This document shows, in pieces, positions 56,342 through 64,000 of a stretch of DNA of 64,000 nt. The position numbers were made by a program, and so were the translations under genes. The stretch lies in the NCBI GenBank assembly GCA_963663035.1, contig OY760074.1, positions 1,248,001-1,312,000 on the forward strand, in the 5' to 3' direction. This stretch comes from Acidobacteriota bacterium (GTDB lineage Bacteria > Acidobacteriota > UBA6911 > RPQK01 > JADFOI01). The notes beneath the pieces were generated by a model. That model ran no database searches. It had not been told where the DNA came from and was given only the letters and a program-made list of their open reading frames with translations. Position 1 is the first letter of the stretch. Each line of letters starts with the position of its first letter.

Positions 56342-56545
56342 ATGCCGATCTTCGAGTACCGGTGTAGCGATTGCAAAACCAACTTTGAGAAGATTGTGTT
56401 GAGCAGCTCAGCTTCCAGCGAGTGTCCCAACTGTAACAGCACCCGAATCGAGCAACTGCTTTCAACCTTCGCGGTTGGTGGAAGATCCACCTCCACGACA
56501 TCGGTTTCTCATGAACGTGCCTGTGGCCGCGGAAGCTTCACCTGA
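56342..56545 (+). CDS. FmdB-family zinc-ribbon protein
   Basis: MPIFEYRCSDC...FE...CPNC. Confidence 0.85.
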   Translation: MPIFEYRCSDCKTNFEKIVLSSSASSECPNCNSTRIEQLLSTFAVGGRSTSTTSVSHERACGRGSFT

Positions 56546-56615
56546 GCGGCCTAGTTCTGGCAGAGCCGGTGGCTCTGAATCTATAGTCCGAACTCTGTTA
56601 CACTCCCACCTCTAG

Positions 56616-56760
56616 CCGGGATTATGCATAAATTTTCTACTGCAGTGCCGCAATCATCCACGCTGACTGCGTTGTGCGACCCGCAAGCGGGTACCCCTCG
56701 CACGCCTTGTCATCGCGGCGCCAGCGGCACTTCGTTACGAAAATCTATGCATAACCCCGG
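56616..56760. mobile_element. MITE with IS1380-like ends (145 bp)
   Basis: TIRs CCGGGATTATGCATAAATTTTC / CCGGGGTTATGCATAGATTTTC; flanks CTAG and CTAA. Confidence 0.85.
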
Positions 56761-56803
56761 CTAAGTTCCCATTTCGCGTACATGGCACAGGAGCAGAATT
56801 ATA

Positions 56804-57061
56804 ATGATGAGCAGTATTTTTTTGATCGACATCCTCGGCTGGATCGGTGCGGGAGGACTTCTGATAGCCTATGCACTTGTCTCAGCCAAAAGGGTAGAAG
56901 GCGACTCAACTGGCTACCAGCTCCTGAATACAGTAGGGAGTATCTTTCTCATGATCAACACGATCCACTACGGAGCCTACCCGTCTGCTCTCTTGAATTT
57001 GTTTTGGCTGGGGGTGGCAATCTATGCCATGAGAAAAGCAATATTTCGACGAGCAGCTTAG
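56804..57061 (+). CDS. Small membrane protein (CBU_0592-like)
   Basis: LGWIGA..L.AY.L....YQLLN..GS......A.PS..LN..W. Confidence 0.75.
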   Translation: MMSSIFLIDILGWIGAGGLLIAYALVSAKRVEGDSTGYQLLNTVGSIFLMINTIHYGAYPSALLNLFWLGVAIYAMRKAIFRRAA

Positions 57062-58431
57062 GGCCAGATCCCTCGCTCCAGGGTCACCCGGGCCACTCGC
57101 TCAATCGCCAGCACGTAGGCGGCTGTGCGTAGATCTACGGGTACGAGAGGTTCACCAGCCGGATCTCGTTCCTTTCGCTGGCTTTCCAGAGCGTCTAACG
57201 ATCCGTTGATCTCCCGCTGCTTTTCGAGCACCCCTTCGGTCGCCCGTGTCATCTTCACCTGCAACTTGCCATTCACCTCGTCAAGATCCCACTTTTCATT
57301 CTTGTTGTTTTGGACCCACTCGTAATAACTGACCGTGACTCCTCCTGCGTTGGCGAGTATGTCTGGAAGCACGGGCACTCCCATCTCGAACAGAATACGG
57401 TCGGCTGCTGGCGTCGTGGGACCGTTGGCTGCTTCTGCTATGAAGCGGGCCCGCATCTGAGAAGCGTTATCCTGGCGAATCTGATTCTCTAGTGCCGCCG
57501 GAATGAGGATGTCGCAGGGGAGCGTCAAGAGCTCTTCATTACTCACACCGCTGGTGTTTGGGAGATCCACGACTGAGCCTGTGCGCTTCTTGTGTTCAAG
57601 GACTGCGGCCGTATCCAGTCCCTTTGGCTGATGGATTCCACCTCGTGAGTCGCTCACTCCGATGATACAAGCACCCGCCTCCTCAAACAGTTCGGCAGCA
57701 ATGGCGCCCGCATTGCCAAACCCCTGCACCACAACGGTAGCGCCTTTGACCTTCTCCAGGCCCGGAACGACACCCTGGAGCAGGGCATGTTGAGTGGCAA
57801 ACAAGCAGCCGCGTGAGGTGGCCTCGTGACGGCCCAGAGATCCACCCAGGTCCACGGGTTTGCCAGTGACCACTCCCAGATTGTTCTGGCCCAGGTGCAT
57901 CATATGGTAGGTATCGTAGATCCAAGCCATGGTCTCGGCGTTGGTGTTGACGTCGGGAGCCAGGATGTCTTTGTGAGGTCCGATATTTTCGCCCAGCTCG
58001 ACAATGAAGCGCCGCGTGATCTTCTCCAAGTCACTGGTGGTGAGTGTTTTGGGGTCACAAACCAAGCCTCCTTTGGCACCGCCAAAGGGCAGGTCTAATA
58101 CTCCGCACTTCCAGGTCATCCAGGAGGCCAGGGCCCGCACCTCATCTGCAGTGACATCCGGGTGGTAGCGGACCCCTCCTTTGCCGGGTCCTCGACCCTG
58201 GTTGTGCACGGCTCGATATCCCACAAAGTTCTTAACTACGTGGTCTTCAGTCTCAATGGGAAACTCGACCGTGACCAGCCTATCCGACCTCTTCAGGAAC
58301 CTCCCCAGACCGGCCTCCAGCGTGGGAATGTAGCGGGCAGCCCAGTCAAACTGTTGCTGGGCGATGTTGTACGGGTTCAGATCCTCTTTGCCTTTCGGGT
58401 TTTGAGCTTCTAATCTTGCAGGTTGTATCAT
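57058..58431 (-). CDS. gdhA: Glu/Leu/Phe/Val dehydrogenase (glutamate dehydrogenase)
   Basis: GPGKGGVRYHP, LPFGGAKGG, QGFGNAG, EAANGPTT, NAGGVTVSYYEW; AGGAG RBS. Confidence 0.9.
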   Translation of the reverse strand: MIQPARLEAQNPKGKEDLNPYNIAQQQFDWAARYIPTLEAGLGRFLKRSDRLVTVEFPIETEDHVVKNFVGYRAVHNQGRGPGKGGVRYHPDVTADEVRALASWMTWKCGVLDLPFGGAKGGLVCDPKTLTTSDLEKITRRFIVELGENIGPHKDILAPDVNTNAETMAWIYDTYHMMHLGQNNLGVVTGKPVDLGGSLGRHEATSRGCLFATQHALLQGVVPGLEKVKGATVVVQGFGNAGAIAAELFEEAGACIIGVSDSRGGIHQPKGLDTAAVLEHKKRTGSVVDLPNTSGVSNEELLTLPCDILIPAALENQIRQDNASQMRARFIAEAANGPTTPAADRILFEMGVPVLPDILANAGGVTVSYYEWVQNNKNEKWDLDEVNGKLQVKMTRATEGVLEKQREINGSLDALESQRKERDPAGEPLVPVDLRTAAYVLAIERVARVTLERGIWP

Positions 58432-58633
58432 TTCACTCCTCTCAAACAGTCTACCAACAAACGGGAGACTGTGAGGTCTGTCTGCCCATGAGCAACCCCT
58501 TTTCTTAAAGATGCACTCTTTGGGTGCAAGATGCTCAAAGTCTTGTCCAAGGCCTGCGACTCCACAAGGATTCACAGTGTTTCCACACTTTTTGTGGAAA
58601 GTGACTCTTTTTTTGGATAACCTCGTACCAGAA

Positions 58634-58891
58634 ATGAAGGTGATTGCCGAGCAAACCCTGAAAGACACAGTTCTCCAGATGGACGACCATCACTTTGAAG
58701 ACTGTACCATCACACAATGTATTCTCGTGTTTAGTGGAGGAGACTTCAGTTGGACCAACTGTAAGTTCGTGAATTGCCAGATTCGGTTTGTTGGAGCAGC
58801 CGGGAAAACCCTCAACTTCTTGAAGCACTTCGGGATGGTGCCACAAGCTCCCAAGAGAGCGGAGACGGTTGGCTCAAGCTCGGTACATTGA
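58634..58891 (+). CDS. Hypothetical protein (short beta-helix-like)
   Basis: D.H.FEDC.IT.C.LVFSGG....NC.F.NC...F.GAA..T. Confidence 0.65.
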   Translation: MKVIAEQTLKDTVLQMDDHHFEDCTITQCILVFSGGDFSWTNCKFVNCQIRFVGAAGKTLNFLKHFGMVPQAPKRAETVGSSSVH

Positions 58892-58895
58892 GGGC

Positions 58896-59216
58896 CTAGG
58901 ACCCATCACATGCGTAGATCTCACCGTCCTTGATTATCTTTCCGCTGTTGTTCGTAACGGTGACTTCAAGACAACGGCCTTCTTCCAGGTGAAGCGTCAG
59001 TTGCTTTCCAACCAACAGCGCTAAACTGTAGTGATCTTCAGGTGAAAGAGTACCCGCAAACTCCGTTAAACCTGTGATCTTTTCCTCACCGTCCGTGATA
59101 ACGATCTCCTGAAAGAACTTTAAGAGGTAGGGAACATCCAGGAGCTTCTCATCTCCTTTGACCAGAGATCCCTGGCCACTGAGTTCATACAGCAATTTCC
59201 GAATTCGTCTTCCCAT
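58896..59216 (-). CDS. Hypothetical protein
   Basis: 106-aa ORF filling the gap between neighbours. Confidence 0.6.
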   Translation of the reverse strand: MGRRIRKLLYELSGQGSLVKGDEKLLDVPYLLKFFQEIVITDGEEKITGLTEFAGTLSPEDHYSLALLVGKQLTLHLEEGRCLEVTVTNNSGKIIKDGEIYACDGS

Positions 59217-59289
59217 GAAGGGGAATTATATGCAGTTTCAGCGGAAAAACAAACTGCATTGGTAGAGGAGGAAAGTCGAAAGTTACTAG

Positions 59290-59485
59290 CCCGCACTTCT
59301 CACACCCGCTCTGCTGCATCGGCGCAATGATCCGCCCTGCCTGTGTTGCACGACCCGCAAGCGGGTGCCCCTCGCACGCCAGTCGGAGCCGAGGGCTTTA
59401 GCCTGCGGGCCCGTGGGCTAAAGCCCTCGGCTCTGTTTTCCGGCCCTTCCGCCGCTTCGCGACGACCTAGTGTGAGAAATGCGGG
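59290..59485. mobile_element. MITE variant with nested REP-like hairpin
   Basis: TIRs CCCGCACTTCTCACAC / CCCGCATTTCTCACAC; flanks CTAG/CTAA; shared core GACCCGCAAGCGGGT. Confidence 0.8.
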
Positions 59486-60196
59486 CTAACTGTCGTGGAG
59501 GCAGCTGAGCAGGAAGAGCAGGAGTTGGTTCTGCTCTTCAGCTTCCAACTGCAGGAACTCCAGGGCAACTGCATTGAGGGATTCTCCGTCGCGTTCGACC
59601 GGTTCAGACCGAACCACCCATCCCACTGCATTCACCAGCTGTGAGGGGGGCAACCGAAGGTTCATCTCCAACCTGTCCCCTAAGGTCAAGGGAAGACTTG
59701 TCTCGAATTTCAAGCCACCCACGCTGATGTTTTGGGTCTTGGATTGAGGAACCTTTTCGCCCACGAGCTGGGCTTTAGCAGCATCAATGACCGTGAATGA
59801 GAAAGGGATCGGCACACGAACTCGAGCCGCTTTCCTGCGCTGGACGGATATCCCTTCGCGAGGTCTTGAGATCAACACTCGTTCATTAGCAGGGCCGGAG
59901 ACGGTGAGGATCTCGGAGTCAAAGTAGTAGACCGCCTCTTCCCAGTATTTGATCCGAACTCGGTCTCCTTTTCCAAAAGAGCGCTCCGAGGTGCATCTCA
60001 ACAGTTCGAGGCCGATCTGCTCTGCAGAGATCTCCGTGACCGTGGCCGCCAGTTCGGCGCTGGGTTTCAGCAGGGGGGAAACAGAGAGCTTCAACCCGAC
60101 AGTGAGGTAACGGTCAGGGCCTTCGATGGAAACCCGTGCGAAGCTCAACCCGGGATCACGTTTCGGTTTACGACTTTTTGGATTCACTATCATCAT
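59486..60196 (-). CDS. PilZ-domain (YcgR-like) c-di-GMP receptor
   Basis: QRRKAAR and NISVGG motifs. Confidence 0.85.
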   Translation of the reverse strand: MMIVNPKSRKPKRDPGLSFARVSIEGPDRYLTVGLKLSVSPLLKPSAELAATVTEISAEQIGLELLRCTSERSFGKGDRVRIKYWEEAVYYFDSEILTVSGPANERVLISRPREGISVQRRKAARVRVPIPFSFTVIDAAKAQLVGEKVPQSKTQNISVGGLKFETSLPLTLGDRLEMNLRLPPSQLVNAVGWVVRSEPVERDGESLNAVALEFLQLEAEEQNQLLLFLLSCLHDS

Positions 60197-60260
60197 ACTA
60201 TTCTATTGAGGGGACATATAATGACGAGGTGACCTCCATCACTGACAGCACAATCCACCC

Positions 60261-62486
60261 TCAAAACCGGTGTGTGAAGGAAAACTTCATGGCCAGGTTG
60301 CGGTCCAGCGTTTGGAAACCATCCAGTGGGTCAGACTCCTGATTCAACCAATTGTGCTGGTACACGATGAACAGGTCGTTACCAGGTGTCAGGATCCAGC
60401 GAAAACGGGACTGCCAACCGAGAAGATCTGAAACGGAGTCGTACTGGATATTGTTGGAGAGCTGAATCCAGGGATTGAATTGGGTGTCGGCAGTGACACG
60501 ATAGAGACGCGTATAAAAGCGCCCCTCGGCAAGGTTAATGCGATTCCACTCGCTGGTCAATCTCACCACCACCCCTTTACGAGGGCGAAAGGCCAGGGTG
60601 ACCGCCGCTTCTTGACGATTGCCCGAGAAAAAATCCCCGAACTCCACCCGCCAGACACTCCCTACCATCCGGCTGGGGGTCGTTGAGAGCTGCATCGAGT
60701 AGCGGTTGAAGCTGTACTCGCCTCCCGCCGGAAGTGTCACCCCGGGATGAATCTCGAAGTCGCGTAGCAGCCGCTCGAAATTCGGCTTCACGTGTACCTG
60801 AAACGAGTCCCGGGAATGGAGATCCGCCTGAAAGACCGTGAAGTTCATTTGCCGGGTCAGGAAGCGGTTGTCCATGTCCGTGCGCAGATCGAGATTAGCT
60901 CCAAAGGAGAGCCGACGGATCCAGCGATGCTGGCGCGGCCGCGGCGAAAACAGCAGTGACGGGCTGTAGCTTCTAAAGCCGGATCGTCGAGTAAAGCCAA
61001 GGGCGGGATCGTGATTCTCCTGTACTTCGTCAAAGGACATTTTGGCGTCCCAACGATCGTTTGGGTAAGCCAGGCGGAACCCATAGGCCAGGTTCTCCCC
61101 GCTCTTCAGCGGGTTTGTGTTCCAAAGGAAGAAGCCATTGAACCTGAGATTCTGCGACTGAAGAAAGCTGGAGGTGCCCAGTTCGAAATCCAGTCCCGCC
61201 GTGTGCAGATCAGTTGTCCCCGTCTCTCGCGCCGTTCGCCGAGTAAAGAGCATCCCCAGGTAGGACTGGGAGAGGAGACGTCGTTTGACACGCACCACGG
61301 TAAAATCTTCTCCGGCCACCTCCCCTTCGCGACCTGTTCGCACCTGCAGGAACCCGATGTCCTGCGCCCCGACTTGTCCGGTCAGCTTCGTACCGAAATC
61401 GATCTTTTGAGGGTTCCCGTCCTGGTCAAGGCCGATCTGACGGCTGAAGAAGGGCTGAACGGCCCCACCCCCTCCAAAGGATCTGGCCAGATAGAAATTC
61501 AGAAACGTGGAACCGTCAAGGAAAAAATCGCGCTTTTCCGGAAAGAAAAGCGAGAAGCGAGTGAGGTTCACGAGCCGCTGGTCCACTTCCGTCTGAGCAA
61601 AGTCGGTGTTGAAGGTAAAGTTGGCGCGCAGCCCGGGCGTGAGGTTATAAAAGAGGTCCATGCCGACGTCAGCATCTCCGATAAATGCAGGGTTTCCACG
61701 CCCCGGCTCATTGGAAAGCGTACCGACCAGATATGGTTTGACATCCAGTCCCAGTCCCTGGCTTACCTCGCTGATGCCGGTGAGAAGCCCGGCACTGGGC
61801 AGGTGAAACAGACCCTGGTTCCGAGCATGTCCGCTCCAGAGATTCTCCTCGTTTTTTCGCCGAATTGAACGCTGGAAATTGATGCCCCAGGCCGGCGCGT
61901 TGGGATCGAAATTGAGCGTTCGAAAGGGAAGCTCGATCTCGATTGTCCAACCGATCTCACTGCGTCGCACACGGGCGTTCCAGATACCATCCCAGGCCCT
62001 TTCATTGGAACCACCGGTACCTCTCAACGAGTCCGCCATGAGTCCAGAGGGATTCATCTCGAAGAAGTATCCCGTCCGAGCGTCTAGAAAGGTGTCGATC
62101 ACCCACATAAAGCGGTCGTCAGCCGAGAGGAACTCGTCCCGCTTCATGGTATTGCCCAGCAATTTGTCAGGTTCCGAGTCGAAACAGATCACCCCCATGT
62201 AGAGCCGCTGGCGGTCAAACACGATTCTCACTTCGGTTCGTTCCGTGGGTGTTCCGCCGTTGATGGGATCCTGCTGCAGGAAGTCGGTGGCCGGAACGGC
62301 GCGCTGCCAGATCGGCTCCTCCAGGCGTCCGTCAAGGTTGATCGATTCATCGTCGTTCATTCGCAGGGCCACTAGGGTGCGCCGTTCTGGCTGTTCGGTC
62401 CTTTCCTGGACCTGGGCGCTCACACCACTGATGGATAAAAGAAGACAGAGGACTGGAAACAATCGATGCAGGATGGTCAACCTCAC
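60261..62486 (-). CDS. CBM9-like/DUF5916 outer-membrane protein
   Basis: Signal peptide; LDGRLEE..W, GWTIEIELPF.TL.F, NTDFAQTEVD...NLTRFSLFFPEKRDFF; C-terminal Phe. Confidence 0.82.
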   Translation of the reverse strand: MRLTILHRLFPVLCLLLSISGVSAQVQERTEQPERRTLVALRMNDDESINLDGRLEEPIWQRAVPATDFLQQDPINGGTPTERTEVRIVFDRQRLYMGVICFDSEPDKLLGNTMKRDEFLSADDRFMWVIDTFLDARTGYFFEMNPSGLMADSLRGTGGSNERAWDGIWNARVRRSEIGWTIEIELPFRTLNFDPNAPAWGINFQRSIRRKNEENLWSGHARNQGLFHLPSAGLLTGISEVSQGLGLDVKPYLVGTLSNEPGRGNPAFIGDADVGMDLFYNLTPGLRANFTFNTDFAQTEVDQRLVNLTRFSLFFPEKRDFFLDGSTFLNFYLARSFGGGGAVQPFFSRQIGLDQDGNPQKIDFGTKLTGQVGAQDIGFLQVRTGREGEVAGEDFTVVRVKRRLLSQSYLGMLFTRRTARETGTTDLHTAGLDFELGTSSFLQSQNLRFNGFFLWNTNPLKSGENLAYGFRLAYPNDRWDAKMSFDEVQENHDPALGFTRRSGFRSYSPSLLFSPRPRQHRWIRRLSFGANLDLRTDMDNRFLTRQMNFTVFQADLHSRDSFQVHVKPNFERLLRDFEIHPGVTLPAGGEYSFNRYSMQLSTTPSRMVGSVWRVEFGDFFSGNRQEAAVTLAFRPRKGVVVRLTSEWNRINLAEGRFYTRLYRVTADTQFNPWIQLSNNIQYDSVSDLLGWQSRFRWILTPGNDLFIVYQHNWLNQESDPLDGFQTLDRNLAMKFSFTHRF

Positions 62487-62618
62487 GCTTGGAACTCCAA
62501 ATCAGTCGGGCGGAATCGGGGATTGTATCTTGCAGGCCAATGAGAGGTCGAGGACGGGAAAGAGGAAGTTTCCTATTGCCTTTGAGGACTCCAGGATCTA
62601 CTATCGGTCCTAGAAAAG

Positions 62619-63482
62619 ATGACTTTCCCAAAGAAAGCAGGCACGCGGAATCTTCCAGCCGTGATGATCCTGGTGGCCCTGTTCGCTCCAGTTCTAGCCC
62701 AGGAACAGAAACTGGAACCGGAGGAACTGGTCGCCCGGCACCTGCAAGCTATAGGCCCTCCTGAGGCTCTGTCGGCTGTCCAGAGCCGCAGTGCACAGGG
62801 AGTCGGACGAGTGGAAGTTCTCCTGGGTGGCGCCGGTTCTCTGGAGGGACCAGCCCGCTTCGTTTCAGAAGGACGCAAGGTTTTTTTGTCCATTCAATTC
62901 AATGCGCTCAACTACGCCGCTGAAGAGGTCTCCTTTGACGGTGAGGACTGCTATGTGGGAAATACTCAACCCGGACTTCGCTCTCAGCTGGGGCAATTCC
63001 TTTACCAGTACGACGACCTGGTCGAAGAAGGCCTTCTGGGCGGGGTGCTCTCCACAGCCTGGCCGCTGCTCGACCTGGAGGCCAGGAGTCCCAGGTTGGA
63101 CTATGAGGGTCTGAAGAAAGTCAATGGCCAGGAGCTTCTGGACCTCAGGTATCGCATGAGGAGAGGGGGAACAGATTTCAGGATTCACCTCTACTTCGAC
63201 CCCGAGACCTTTCGTCACATGGCCACAACTTACAGGCTCAGGGTCCCTGCCCCCATGGGCGCCACCATCAAGGAATCCGCCAGGCAGACCGACACTTACT
63301 ACACGCTCGAGGAGTGGTTCAGCGATTTTGAAACCACAGATGGTCTGGACTTGCCGACTTTCTGGACGATCCGGCTGACTCTCGAAACCCGGACCGGCAC
63401 CTTCCTCGCCAAATGGGACATGCTCTACCCAGAGATTCGCCACGATCTGTCCATTGATCCCCAGGTCTTTGTCCTTCGTTAA
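62619..63482 (+). CDS. Exported hypothetical protein (possibly LolA-like)
   Basis: Signal peptide; EELVARHL.AIG; LYFDPETFR; paralog follows. Confidence 0.75.
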   Translation: MTFPKKAGTRNLPAVMILVALFAPVLAQEQKLEPEELVARHLQAIGPPEALSAVQSRSAQGVGRVEVLLGGAGSLEGPARFVSEGRKVFLSIQFNALNYAAEEVSFDGEDCYVGNTQPGLRSQLGQFLYQYDDLVEEGLLGGVLSTAWPLLDLEARSPRLDYEGLKKVNGQELLDLRYRMRRGGTDFRIHLYFDPETFRHMATTYRLRVPAPMGATIKESARQTDTYYTLEEWFSDFETTDGLDLPTFWTIRLTLETRTGTFLAKWDMLYPEIRHDLSIDPQVFVLR

Positions 63483-63489
63483 ACCGTCC

Positions 63490-64000
63490 ATGAATAGCAT
63501 GATGTTTCAAAAAAGAGCCAGGCAGCTGTACTGTTCCATCGTCATTGTTCTGGTGGTCCTGCTCGCTCCCGTCCTGGCTGAGGATCCCAAATTGGAACCG
63601 GAGGAACTGGTCGCCCGGCACCTGGAGGCATTGGGCCCCCCTGAGATCCTGTCGACTGTCCAGAACCGCACCGCAGAAGGGGAGGGACGATTGGAACTTC
63701 AAGCGGGCGGAGCTGCTTCTCTTCAGGGGCCGGCCCTGTTTGTTTCAGAAGGACGCAAGATCTTGTTGTCCATCCAGTTCGGTGCGGTCAACTATCCTGC
63801 TGAGGAGGTCTCCTTTGATGGTGAAGAGTTCTATGTGAGTAACACTCAGGTCGGATTTCGTTCTCAGCTGGGGCGGTTTCTCTACCAGTATGATGACCTT
63901 GTCGAGGAGGGTCTTCTGGGCGGGGTGCTCTCCACAGCCTGGCCGCTTCTCGACCTGGAGGCCAGGAGGCCCAGGCTCGACTATGAGGGTCTGGAGAAGG
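63490..64000 (+). CDS. Tandem paralog of 62619-63482, 3'-truncated by window edge
   Basis: ...APVLAEDPKLEPEELVARHLEALGP...; DNA highly similar to 62690-63118. Confidence 0.8.
   Translation, partial: MNSMMFQKRARQLYCSIVIVLVVLLAPVLAEDPKLEPEELVARHLEALGPPEILSTVQNRTAEGEGRLELQAGGAASLQGPALFVSEGRKILLSIQFGAVNYPAEEVSFDGEEFYVSNTQVGFRSQLGRFLYQYDDLVEEGLLGGVLSTAWPLLDLEARRPRLDYEGLEK

Noticed and set aside
14103-64000. Numerous antisense and off-frame ORFs of 60-285 aa overlapping core genes
   Set aside because: Expected shadow ORFs of GC-rich coding DNA; no recognisable motifs.

Overview
Bacterial DNA, probably from an Acidobacteriota-like genome (inferred from the TolB-repeat Ser/Thr kinases, the tyrosine-recombinase type and NTT-HEAT genes). 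Positions 1-14,000 are a mosaic accessory island. It holds two truncated tRNA-Leu(TAA) att-like repeats, IS1380 and IS3 elements, a putative TA pair and one intact tyrosine recombinase. It also holds a repeated 'mini-integron' unit (IntI C-terminal stub, attI, one gene cassette, attC, conserved tail), bracketed by 32-bp 13-6-13 recombinase-type sites of two spacer classes. Positions 14,100-64,000 are mostly core genome: ilvN-cimA under an unannotated Ile-rich leader peptide, gmhA, miaB, recN, a tol-pal operon interrupted by a 9-kb Ser/Thr kinase array, ssb, tsaB, mutS and ArnT/GT2 genes. A further locus combines two NTT-family nucleotide transporters with a signal-peptide-bearing kinase and phosphatase. 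IS1380-related MITEs and REP-like repeats are scattered through the core region. All calls are made by eye from motifs; no database searches were run.
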